Assembly: GCF_964213995.1 (NCBI RefSeq)
Contig: NW_027590140.1
Location: 558,001 to 622,000, forward strand
Length of the DNA stretch: 64,000 bases
Direction of reading: 5' to 3'
Source of the DNA: Mustelus asterias
Lineage: Eukaryota
Under the pieces are notes generated by a model. That model saw only the letters and a program-made list of their open reading frames with translations. It had not been told where the DNA came from and made no database searches. How positions within the stretch are numbered: position 1 is the first letter of the stretch; each line of letters starts with the position of its first letter. Positions 36,136 to 47,662 of this stretch are shown here, in pieces. The translations under genes and the position numbers were made by a program.

Positions 36136-36764
36136 AAGAAATAACCATTTACAGCCTGACAGTGTGTCTATCTATTCCTCTCACCCGCTCATATTTTTCA
36201 AGCTGTACCATAAATTCATCGCGCCGTTTCTCCAAACAAACTCTCATGTGTCTCCGTGTAAATCTACCCAAATGTCTGTTCAGGTAGTAATTTCATGGGT
36301 AAATGTCTCCTTGTTCTGGAGACACAGGTTCGAATGCTGCCTCGACAGCTGGTAGAATTTGACTTCAATAAATAAACAAACCTGGAATTAAGAACTTACC
36401 GTTGACCATGAAACAATCATCGATTGTTGGAAAATTCCATCTGGTTTCCTTCCTTTAGGGAAGGAAATCTGCCGTCCTTACTTGGTCTGGCCCACACATA
36501 GCTGCAGAGACACGGCCATCTGTTTGACTCTCAACTACTCTCCGAAATGGTCTAGCCAGCCATTGATTTAAAGGGTGACTAATAAATGCTGGCCAGCGAG
36601 CGAAACCATGCCACACAAATGAATTCAATAAACCTCTCCCACCGGAGGATCAGTTTCTGCACATGTACCTCCTTGAAACAATAACATAATGTTCAATGTT
36701 TTTATACTATTCTTTTCATGTCTTCCTAGCCTCCGGGAGACAAACGGCAATGCTTTTCCAAGCT

Positions 36765-37118
36765 TTCATAGAACATAGATCATAGAACAGCACAGAACAG
36801 GCCCTTCGGCCCACGATGTTGTGCCGAGCTTTGTCTGAAACCCAGATCAAGCTATTTCTTCCCTCGCATCCCGAAGTACTCCATGTGCCTATCCAATAGC
36901 TTCTTAAATATTCCTAAAGTTTCTGACTCCACTATCCCTGCAGGCAGTCCATTCCACACCCCAACCACTCTCTGAGTAAAAAACCTACCTCGGACATCCT
37001 TCCTATATCTCCCACCATGAACCCTATAGTTATGCCCCCTAGTTACCGCTCCATTCACCCGAGGAAATAGTCTTTGAACGTTCACTCTATCTATCCCCTT
37101 CATCATCTTATAAACCTC
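36765..37118 (-). mobile_element. Young CR1 3' fragment
   Basis: ORF 36852..37106 is nearly identical to the C-terminus of ORF 41976..43376. Confidence 0.9.
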
Positions 37119-38483
37119 ATAGACATTATTGATTACTTATTTTCTCCGGAATGCAAGAAATTCAATCTGATAATAAGATACATAAGAAATAGACACATGG
37201 TAGACCAATCCAACTTGAGGGCCCGCTGTACAATTCAAGAAGTTTAGTTCTGATCGTCTACCTTAATGCTAACCTATTCCCAAATCCATTCATACCATTA
37301 GTATTCAAAAATAAAATCTATGGAACGGTTCAGCACTCTCAGCCTCGACACAACCCAATCCCTGAAGGATTGATTATGCTTCAATGAGCACAATGCCATG
37401 TTTTTGAAATCGAGAAAAAATAATGCAAACAGATTGGTCCACCGTTGTCTTTCAATATGTGTAAGAGAATGCAATTCACACCTTTTACAATTCTGTCAAA
37501 GCAGAAATGATTGTTGATAGGAAGAAAATAAAAATCCGATAGAATATAATTATTTTAGTCACTGATTGTGCAAGAATGAAATGCCAGATTCAACTATAAA
37601 ATGATCTCTTGAAGCTATTTGCGTCATGTTCCCCTTTCCCTGACGCGGCAGGTAAAGGACCAGCCGCTGCAATATTGGGTTATCTCTCCCGGTATCTTAT
37701 CCACATTTCCTGGAGCAGAGAGAAATCCTGCGCCCGGTGACTCCGCTCTCTTCCAGTGGAGAGCAGGGAGCAGAGTTCGGAGTGTCTACAATATGCTTTT
37801 TATTCATTCATGAGACATGGGCAGCATCGCTGGCTGGCTGCCCATCCCTAGTTACCCAGGGGCAGTTGAGAGTCAACCACATTGCTGTGGCTCTGCAGTC
37901 ACATGCGCGCCGGACCAGGTAATCACGACAGATTTCCTTCCCTGAAACACATTAGTGAAGCAGATGGGTTTTTCGAACAACCGAGAATGGTTTCATGATC
38001 TTCAGTAGATTCTTGATTCCAGATACTTATATTGAATTGAAATTCCACCACCTGCCCTCGCGGGATTCACAGAACTTTAGCTGTGTTTTTGAATGAATAG
38101 TCCAGCGATAATTCCACTTCGCCACCGCCTCCCCTAATGTGCGCTCATTGAAAGCAGTATGGAGAGTGAGAGTGCAGGCTGTTATGAAGATCACCCGATA
38201 CCTCCCTTAAACCAATAATGGTCCAGGAGGGGTCAGCTGAATCTTCTTCCCCGTAGGATACTTGTCATTTGGGGTCTCACACTGCTTCAATCCGTTCTCA
38301 CAGCCAAACCCGAGTTCAGTTTATTACCATGTTCCCAAGTCTAAATCTGCAATTGAGAATCTTCCTCTGGAACCCACCCTGCTTTTGAAGCAGAGCATTG
38401 AAGTAATACTAAAAACGAATATAAACTGACGGTGAACACTAACCTGGACAGTCTGTAACACGGAGTGATTTGGAGTCACTTAC

Positions 38484-38536
38484 CGGCTGTGACAGTCACC
38501 ACAGTCCCAGACCCATCTGCAAATCTCCATTCTCCC
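38484..38536 (-). CDS. NAR-TCR J segment
   Basis: GEWRFADGSGTVVTVTA + G, then a GTAAGT donor (phase 1, in frame with the supporting-V acceptor at 34102). IgNAR-like xGxGT motif. Confidence 0.9.
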
Positions 38537-38575
38537 CACAGTGACACCGCTCTCAGTCAGCCCAATACAAGAATG
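38537..38575 (+). other. 23-RSS of the NAR-TCR J
   Basis: CACAGTG 38537-38543, 23 bp ACACCGCTCTCAGTCAGCCCAAT, ACAAGAATG 38567-38575. Confidence 0.85.
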
Positions 38576-38903
38576 ACTGACACCTCAAACTAACAGCCAG
38601 CATTACCGGACACTCAGCGTTTCTCAATTATTCACGGGACTGGGGTCAATAATGAACATAGATTGCATCAAAAAAATAATTGAATCACACTGTCCTTTGT
38701 GATTCTCTGAGCTCCTGGGAAAATAGAACAAGGGCAGAGATGCAAGGTTATTATTAACGGAGAAAAACCTTAAAGAATGAGAACTGATCGGAGGAAATTA
38801 CACTGAAATTAAACCAGGTTGAATTGGGAATAACATCATCCTGACAGCTTAAGTTACCTAAGCTGGGAATTGCTGGGAGTTACTGGGGGTTTTTTTGTCC
38901 TTG

Positions 38904-38931
38904 GGTATTTGTCCTTCTCCATTCCATTGTG
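38904..38931 (-). other. 12-RSS at the 3' end of the NAR-TCR V
   Basis: CACAATG 38931-38925, 12 bp GAATGGAGAAGG, ACAAATACC 38912-38904. Confidence 0.88.
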
Positions 38932-39222
38932 GTGTCCTCTGTGTGTAGTACCAGTACTGAGCTTTACAGTAATAGGTGGCTGTGTCTTCAACTCTCATGT
39001 CCTGAATTTCCAGTGAAAATTTCTTTTCTCCTTTTGTCACCGACACAACAAATCTCCCTCCGCTGGAGATCTGCTCCCGCTCTGTCCCTTTCTGGGTTTG
39101 TCTGAAAAAATGACCAGTTTCTAAATCATAAACTCCATGTAAAACACAGGTGATGGTGAGAGACTGACACTCCTTCCTGGTCACGGCTGTCGGACTCTGT
39201 GTCACTGACTGACTGAACGATC
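38932..39222 (-). CDS. NAR-TCR V segment (IgNAR-like V domain), intact, extended 3' end
   Basis: TTTCCAG acceptor, then QSVTQSPTAVTRKECQSLTITCVLHGVYDLETGHFFRQTQKGTEREQISSGGRFVVSVTKGEKKFSLEIQDMRVEDTATYYCKAQYWYYTQRT. Shows the IgNAR-type CDR2 deletion (E.IS.GGR), YYCKA, and an extra FR1 Cys. Confidence 0.92.
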
Positions 39223-39363
39223 CTGGAAATTAAACACAGAGAGTTTAAGAGACCATCGGAGCTGAACCACACAACTATAGTGTGACAATGTCTGTAAGGG
39301 GGGTGGACTGAAGCAGCTTTATATTCAATCCACACAATGTAGTTTAATGTGATCGGTACTCAC

Positions 39364-39406
39364 GCGATAAATAGACACACACACTGAAAACAAGGAGGAC
39401 TCTCAT
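39364..39406 (-). CDS. Leader exon of the NAR-TCR V
   Basis: ATG at 39406, MRVLLVFSVCVYLS + C, GTGAGT donor. 43 nt, phase 1, in frame with the V exon. Confidence 0.9.
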
Positions 39407-39430
39407 TGCTCTGCTGCCTGGAGCTGATGG

Positions 39431-39436
39431 TTTATA
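39431..39436 (-). promoter_or_regulatory. Candidate TATA box of the NAR-TCR V promoter
   Basis: TATAAA about 25-30 bp upstream of the leader ATG. Confidence 0.5.
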
Positions 39437-40394
39437 TGGCGGGGAGCTGGAGACTGCAGTGCTGGACTGCTCTGGTAGACCGGATCGCAGAGATGAATTG
39501 AAATACTTCAGATCCGAACATCGGCAAATTAGGCCACGCCCACAGTTTAAAATAAAAGTCAAGGATTGTAATGGGGAATCCAGTTCTGAACTTTCAGTCG
39601 AAATTCCAGGCAGCGAGAGCCCAAACGCTCATCAGGTGACCAACAGTTGTGCTTGAAATGCTCTACTTGGTCTCGAGTACATTATTTATGTTTTTTAATT
39701 CAGGCGATGCCAGCAGAAATTTCCAATCTCTAATTTATCTTCATAAGGTGGAGGTGAACTGCCTTCTTGAACGGTTGCAGTCTCTGTCGTGTATGTACAC
39801 CCACAGCGCGATTAGGGAGGGAATTCTAGAATATTTACAGAGACCGAGGGACAGTGAAGGAACGGAGGAAATGCCCGAGTCTGGATAATGGCAGTGTTCG
39901 CGTTTCGTTCTAGATTGCAGCTGTTTTGTGTTTGAAATGTAGCGCCTAAGGAGGCTTAGTGAGTTCCCGTAGATTAGAATATCATGAAAATGGTATACAC
40001 GGCTGCCACTGTGCATCGGTGGTGGAGGGAGTGAATACTTGTAGAAGAGCTACCAGTCAAACAGGGCTGCTATGGCCTGGATGAGACTTCCTGCAAATTG
40101 GAATCTCATTGTGCGACGTCGGAAACACCTCCTTTGTCTCAGAAAGAAGGGCAACTTCACTGGAGGCGCATCCTGCTAATTTTACTTTTATTCAGACCAG
40201 CAAACTCAGTCTACACTCCTTATGAAAGAGAGGCAAATAACGGCTGGTCAGATCAACTAGACAGGCCCACTACACAGATATTTACTTGAAGGCAGCAGGA
40301 TCTTTAGGGGGATTCTAACAGTTCGATTGTAGCTCGCCTTCTGGAACAGCTCAAAGTCGGAGAGGAATTCAATTCTGAGAGAACAGAAGTATCC

Positions 40395-41620
40395 ACGAAT
40401 TTCGTGGTTTCCGTTTTGATTCTTCTTCTGAAGTTCGGTGAGTCGTTTAGCTCGCATTAGAATGAAGTTTTGTGTCTAACAATTGAATGACGGTTGGATA
40501 TAGAAACTGAAGGGAGCTAGGCGGCCATTATAGTGAATAAAAGAGCATGGATAGATGGATTGATGGACGGAGAGACAGTAGTATCGATGGATGACGGAGG
40601 GATGCGCGTTTTGATTGTCCATTCACTTTGATTGCAGTGAAGTTTACAGCAACGTCCAGTAGTTAAACAATGAGTTATTGAAGGGAAAGAAGAATTGCAT
40701 TGTGCTTCCAAAACGTTGAGTGTGTTCGTTCAAATTGCACTTTAAGAGAAAGATATAGAATTTTGCCCTCTATTGATAGGAAGTGTATAAATACAAAAAG
40801 TTAAATGTTAAATTATCTTCATCGATAATCAGACCTTGCTTGAAGTGTGTCAACCAAGAGAAGGAGAGCGTTAATGCTTCGAATCCATATGTCCTATCTA
40901 TAGAATCTGAATAAAAGTCATATGGACCCATCGGTAATGTTAGGTCTATTTATGTCTTCCCAGATGCTGCCAGACCTGTGGGGTTTAGCCAGCAAGTTTT
41001 GTTTGATATTTTGCTTGAAGCGCAAGCAGATTTCATGGTAACTATCAAAGAGGAAACTGGATGAATATTTGATGGAAATACATTTCCAGGGCGAGCGGAA
41101 AGAGCAGTGGGTACGGGCAAATGAGAACTTTATCATCTGTCAGCACAGGCAAAATAGTCCGAATGTTCTCGTTCTTTGCTGTATAATTCAATGCTTCTTT
41201 GTTGAGGAGAATGAATGCTTACTGAGGTCCCCCACATTTAAACATATGTTTATTTTCTGGTTACCATTTGACGGACTATGTTATTCTGATACTGTTAAGC
41301 AAACTGCACCGTCAGTATCATGCTTGGAGCAAGAACGCATGGTGTTGCCCTGTTCATGCTCCTTCGACAGCCGCCAATCTGACCTGCTCTGGTACCGATA
41401 AAAACCGAGGGAGAAGCCGGTATTTTTAATCAAAAGGAAATCGGAGGGAGAAGCAGAGAAAGCTGAGCGTGTGGGAGACCGATTTTCTTCAACACTCCGA
41501 GTATCTGATCGTTTCTTCAGTTTAACCCTGACAGATATGCAGCTGAGTGACGGTGGTGTGTATTATTTTGCGCTGAACATTCACAGTGATACAAACTGAT
41601 ACACGCGCCGAACATAAGCT
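40395..41620 (+). pseudogene. TCR V segment pseudogene
   Basis: Probable leader 40395-40437 (starts ACG, GTGAGT donor). V exon ~41274-41581: DTVKQTAPSVSCLEQERMVLPC..LLWYR*KP..LSDGGVYYFAL (stop; second Cys changed to F). RSS: CACAGTG 41582-41588, 23 bp, ACATAAGCT. Confidence 0.87.
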
Positions 41621-41972
41621 ACCACTGGGTTGCAACATTACCCGAGTGACAGGGGTTTAGTTGTTAAACTCTGAACCTTCATCTCTGGCAGCAGCAGAAT
41701 CAGATGTCGACCGTATTCTGCTGGGCGATTCTGATCGGAAATAAAGAGTTAATCGATGTAAAAAGGCAATTCTGAATGATTGAGTTCCTGACAAAATAGA
41801 GTGAGAGAAAGGCAAGGGAAAATAAAAAGGAAGAGAGAACGGCAGCGAAAATAAAGGAGCAGAAGGCCGTGAGACACAAGGAGCTAGCGCGTTGGACGCA
41901 ACAATTGAAGCAGAGAGCTCAAGAAAGACTGTCTGAGAGTTAGAATCAGGAAAAAAGAAAAGAAAGTAAAAG

Positions 41973-43463
41973 TCTTTGGCATTGATCTTTGCGTCCTCCC
42001 TGTCCACGGGGGTGGTGCCAGAGGACTGGAGAGTGGCGAATGTGGTTCCTCTGTTTAAGAAAGGGAATAGAAATGATGCTGGTAATTATAGGCCGGTTAG
42101 TCTTATTTCGGTGGTCGGTAAGTTGATGGAAAATGTCCTTAGGGATAGGATTTACGACCATTTAGAAAGATGCAGCTTAATCCGGGATAGTCAGCACGGA
42201 TTTGTGAAGGGCAAGTCTTGCCTCACAAATTTGATAGAATTTTTTGAGGAGGTAACTAAGTGTGTTGATGAAGGTAGTGCAGTTGATGTCATATACATGG
42301 ATTTTAGTAAGGCGTTTGATAAAGTCCCCCACGGTCGGCTTATGAAGAAAGTAAGGATGTGTGGGATAGAGGGAAGTTTGGCCGATTGGATAGGTAACTG
42401 GCTATCTAACAGAAGACAGAGGGTGGTGGTGGATGGAAAATTTTTGGACTGGAAACCGGTTACCAGCGGAGTGCCACAGGGATCAGTGCTTGGTCCTCTG
42501 CTATTTGTAATTTTTATAAATGACTTGGAGGAGGGGGCTGAAGGGTGGATCAGTAAATTTGCTGATGACACCAAGATTGGTGGAGTAGTGGATGAGGTGG
42601 AGGGCTGTTGTAGGCTTCTAAGAGATATAGATAGGATGCAGAGCTGGGCTGAAAAATGGCAAATGGAGTTTAACCCTGACAAATGCGAGGTGATTCATTT
42701 AGGTAGGACAAATTTAAATGTGGATTACATGGTCAAAGGTAGGGTTCTGAAGAATGTGGAGGAACAGAGAGATCTTGGGGTTCATATCCACAGATCTCTG
42801 AAGGTTGCTACGCAAGTGGATAGAGCCGTGAAGAAGGCCTATAGTGTGTTGGCGTTCATTAACAGGGGATTTGAGTTTAAGAGCCGTGGGGTTATGCTGC
42901 AACTGTACAGGACCTTGGTGAGACCACATTTGGAATATTGTGTGCAGTTCTGGTCACCTCACTACAAGAAGGATGTGGAGAAACTGGAAAGAGTGCAAAG
43001 GAGATTTACCAGGATGCTGCCTGGTTTGGAGGGTAGGTCTTATGAGGAAAGGTTGAGGGAACATCGGCTTTTCTCTTTGGAGCGGAGGAGGTTGAGAGGA
43101 GACTTGATAGAGGTTTACAAGATAATGAGGGGGATAGATAGAGTGAACGTTCAAAGACTATTTCCTCGGGTGAATGGAGCGGTAACTAGGGGGCATAACT
43201 ATAGGGTTCATGGTGGGAGATATAGGAAGGATGTCCGAGGTAGGTTCTTTACGCAGAGAGTGGTTGGGGTGTGGAATGGACTGCCTGCAGGGATAGTGGA
43301 GTCAGAAACTTTAGGAACATTTAAGAAGCTATTGCATAGGCACATGGAGTACGTCGGGATGATAGGGAGGAAATAGCTTGATCTGGGTTTCAGACAAAGT
43401 TCGGCACAACATCGTGGGCCGAAGGGCCTTTTCTGTGCTGTACTCTTCTATGTTCTATGTTCT
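41973..43463 (+). mobile_element. Young 5'-truncated CR1 LINE with open RT-domain ORF
   Basis: 466-aa ORF 41976..43376 with NYRPVSL, DFSKAFDKVPH, GVPQGSVLGP, FADD. TTCTATG tail. Confidence 0.95.
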
Positions 43464-44373
43464 AAAAGAAGAATATAGTGAAGGAAGGGAGAGGGAGAAA
43501 TGGAGAGATAATAAAAGAGAGAGCGACAGGACCTGAGAAGAAGACACCGAGACAAACATGCATTTTAATATCATCTTACTGGATTTCTGATTTCCAATGA
43601 TGTGTGATTGTATGTTGTCCCATTGTGTGATTTCGGTGTGGCTCACGGGGGTTTTGCTGATGGGCCGACTTTGAGCTGTCAGCTGCTGCATTGCAGAAAC
43701 CGTTTGTTTAACTGTTCAGGGGGGAAATTGGAAACTGAACAGAGAAAAGACTTTGCAGGTGCACATCTCTCAGATCCTGCGGTTTGAATGTGAGCAACAT
43801 ACTTATTTTGGGAGAACTGGAAATTTTAGACATTTTGTGTCACGGCTCCATTACAGATAGAGGGCTGTTGTTACTGGACAACAATTACCTCTCTCTTTTA
43901 CTCTCTTTAGATTTCTCCCTGTCCATCAATGTCTCTACAATTTGAAATAGCATTATTCTCCTGCTGCAACAGGAGGAATCCTTTCAGTTCCTCGAAAGTG
44001 TTCTGCCATTTCATAAGCGGATTTCTCATCTGTCAATCATTGTATTCACTGTGCTCCTATTTACCTCCTCAAAGTAAATATAAGTAAGGCTGGAAGGCAA
44101 GCTTCCAGCAATGAGAACCCAACCGAGTCATCATTCGTTCATTCAATCTTAAGCCCAATAAGACTTTGGAATGAATTCCCTAAACAGACACAGGCTGTAG
44201 CACAGCTCTGTACACTTATATTCACTTCCAGACAATTCACCACCTATTGCTCTCAGAGAATTACTGGGGACACAAGGGTCATCCTGAAACGGGAGGGCGG
44301 GGTTTACAATGGGTTACCTTAAATATCCAACTCCTCTTTTACAGAGCGGACAGTGACAATACGGCTCAGTGTC

Positions 44374-46350
44374 TTTGACTTGATTTGATTTGATTTATTG
44401 TTGTCGCATGTATTAGTATACAGTGAAAAGTGTTGCTTCTTGCGCACTATACAGACGAAGCATATGGTTCATATAGAAGGAAACGAGATAGTGCAGAATG
44501 TAGTGTTACAGTCATTGCTACGGTGTAGCGAAAGATGAACTTAGTGCAAGGTAGATCCATTAAAAAGTCTGATAGCAGCAAAGTAGAAGATGTTCTTGAG
44601 TCGGTTGGTATGCGACCTTTGTATCTTTTTCTGATGCAAGAAGGTGGAAAAGAGAACGTCCAGGGTGCGTGGGCTCCTTCGTTATGCTGTCTCCTTTGTT
44701 GGGGCAGCGCGATGTGTAGACAGAGACAATGGATGGGAGGGGTGGTTTGCGTGATGAATTGGGCTACAATCATGACCTTTTTTAGTTACTTGCGGTCTAG
44801 GACAGAGCCATACTAAGTTATGATATAACCAGAAATAATGCGTTTTGTGGTGCATCTGCTAAAGTTGGTGAGAGACGTAGCTGACATGCCAAATTTCCTT
44901 CGTCTTCTGGGAAAGTAGATGCGTTGGTGGGCTTTCGTAACTATAATGTCGGCGTGGGGTGACTAACACAGGTTGTTGGTGATCTGGACACCTAAAAACG
45001 GTAAGCTTTCGAACATTTCCACATCGTTCCCGTTAATGTAGACGGTGCATGTCCTCCAGACATGTCGATCAATAATCTCCTCCGTTTTGTTGACATTGAG
45101 GGAGAGATTATTGTCGTCACACCAGTTCACCAGATTCTCTATCTCATTCCTGTACTCTGTCTCGTCATTGTTTGAGATCCGACCCACTACAGTGGTGTCG
45201 GCTGCAAACTGGAAAATCAATTTGGAGGAGAATGTTCCCACACAATCATAGGTGTCTCAGGAGTACAGTAGGGAGCTGAGAACACAGCCTTGTGGGGCAC
45301 CGGTTTTGAGGATGATCTTGGAGGAGGTGTTGTTGTCTATCGTTCCTGGTTGTGGTCTGTGAGTTAGAAAGTTCAGGATCCAGTCGCAGAGGGAGGTGCC
45401 GAGGCCCAGGCCACGCAGCTGGGAACTGAGTTTCGTCGGGCTAATGGTGTCAATAAATAGGAGTCTGACATAGGTATCCTTGTTATCACGGTGTTCCATG
45501 GTTGAGTGCAGGGCCAGGGAGATGGCGCCTGCTGCGGACCTGTTTCGGTGGTAGGCGACCTGTAGTGGATCCAGGCAGTCTGGGAGCCTGGAATGGAATC
45601 CTGTCGTGAATAACCTTTCGAAGTACTCGCTGACCTCTTGATCAAAATGGACGTACAATGCATCGAGCTCATCAGGGAGAGCTGCGTTGGAGCCGGCGAT
45701 TTTACATGCCTTCATCTTCTAGCCTGTTATGTCTTGCAGACCTTGCCATAGTCGGTGCGAGTCCGTGTGGCTACCTTGGACTCTAGCTTAGTCCACTACT
45801 GTCTATTGGCATCTTTGATGGATCTCCTTATATCGTATCTGGCTTTTTATATAGATCAGGTTTGCGTGACTTGAACGCCTCAGACCTGGATTTCAGCACG
45901 CAGTGGATATCCCTGTTCATCCATGGTTTCCATCTGGGGAACACATGGGTTTGCTTCTTTGGCACTCAGTCTTCTACACACTTACTAATGAAGTCAGTTA
46001 CTGTAGTGGCGTACTTGTTCAGAGTAGTCGCAGAGGTTTTAAATACTGACTAGTCCATTGAGTCTAAGAGATCTTCCTATTCCTCAGACCAACATTGCAC
46101 AACTTTCTTTGACTGATTCTCCCGCTTCAGTTTTTGCTTGTAAGCCGGGAGCAGGAGCAGAACATTGTGATCTCATTTGCCAAGGTGTCAGCAGGCGATC
46201 GAGCGGAAGACATGTTTGATATTTGTGGAGCAGTGGTCTATGCTGTTTGGGCCTCTGCTGGAAGAGGAGACGTGTTGCTGGAAACTTGGTAGTGCGCTCT
46301 TGCACTAGTCTGGCCCGTTGGGGTGTGAACCTGAAGAGTACCTGACATTG
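44374..46350 (-). mobile_element. Rex1/Babar-like non-LTR retrotransposon, degenerate
   Basis: ORFs LDPLQVAYHRNRS..AISLALHS..TYVRLLFID, TGAPQGCVLSSLLYS, FAADTTVVGRIS..WCDDNNLSLNVNKT. (TCAAA)n tail at ~44374-44397. Confidence 0.85.
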
Positions 46351-46714
46351 AAGTCAATCCACCATCCTGCTCCAAAAGAAATTCGTATTCAGGCGGAAAA
46401 CTGACCAACTCGGTCCCAGGAAATGAATCTCAGACCTCAGTAAAACTGCATTTAAGCGCGCTCTGTCGATTGTACTAACTGAGTGACTGCTTCCACCAGT
46501 ACATATTTAATCCTGCCGGTGAAAGGACTTCAGCTGACCCAGGGCCCTCATTTGAATCTGGTTTAAACATATGCGGGAATATTGTGGATTGCGACATTGC
46601 CGGAAAACAATGAAGAAGGAAGTGATTTTAACAAACTGAATCCCGTGTGTGTGTTTAATCTGGTTGGGGTTTGACATTAAAACGGAAAAGAGAAATTCGG
46701 GCTCGGCAGCGGCC

Positions 46715-47202
46715 ATGCATATATTCAGAGTCTGGATTTTGTTTGGGATACTCATTGTCGGTGAGGATGATTCCAATAGTGTTCTATTCAAATTGGCGTT
46801 ATATTTTATATGAATGCGCGATCTTGTCTTGCTCCTGAACACATTACAAATCAGAATGATGGAGGTTCAGTTATTCCGTCCCAGTCTTCAGAGAGCGGGA
46901 GAGAAGGGGAAGCCGTGATAATAAAATGTACCTATCGCACTACAGAAGAATAGTGTCTTGTATATTGGGACCTGCAGCCATCAGCGAAAGAGCCCCAGTT
47001 TGTTGTCTGGAGACGGTCTTGGGATGTTGTGGAATGGAAAGGCTCAGCGTTAGGAAACCGGTTTGCTTCAGACCTCCAGCTGTCAGACTCCACCACAAGT
47101 GTAACCATCATAGACTAGCAGCTGATTAATGCTGCGGCATATTACTATGCTCTCTCTGGGACTCACAGTGATTGAAAACAACACCGAACCTGTACAAAAA
47201 CT
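46715..47202 (+). pseudogene. TCR V segment pseudogene (delta-like family) with canonical 23-RSS
   Basis: Leader 46715-46760 (MHIFRVWILFGILIV, GTGAGG donor). V exon ~46850-47163 (..EGEAVIIKCTYRTTEE*..AAAYYYALSG) contains stops. RSS: CACAGTG 47164-47170, 23 bp, ACAAAAACT 47194-47202. Confidence 0.9.
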
Positions 47203-47384
47203 GTCTTCCGATTGAAACTGCGGTTCCTGCCTGCTGAGGTTGTCTAGAATCTCGGACAAAAGCAATCACAATGAGGTTATCAGCCACTCAAACACACACA
47301 CAGAGGAATCCAATTAACCTCTGTCAACTTCTTCGCTCCTAATGAATGCACTAGAAGCTGCCTCAGCTTTTGATAATCTCGTCC

Positions 47385-47662
47385 CTGAATTAGTAATAAC
47401 TTAATTGGACAACTTCTCAGTTTACATTAATCTAGACCCTGCATTAGTAATAACTGCACTAGACCATTTTAGTTTATATTAATCTGGACTCTATATCAGT
47501 ATTCACTGCACTTGACCCTGCCCACTTTATATTAATCTCGACCCTATCTCAGTTGATATTAATCTGGACCCTGTATCAATAATCACATCACTAGACCCTG
47601 TCCCACTTTGTATTAATCTGGACCCTGTCTCAGTTTATATCAATCTAGTCCCTGTATCAGTA
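47385..47662. repeat. Degenerate minisatellite (TTTATATTAATCTGGACCCTGTATCAG-like units)
   Basis: Repeated ATTAATCT(G/A/C)GACCCT motifs with variable spacing. Confidence 0.7.

Noticed and set aside
38576-38903. Possible D segment between NAR V and J (e.g. CACACTG near 38686)
   Set aside because: No paired heptamers with correctly spaced nonamers found by eye.
42191-43154. Several antisense ORFs over CR1 elements, and the recurring GGTVAQWLALLLHS-type ORFs
   Set aside because: Shadow frames of LINE and SINE copies, not host genes.
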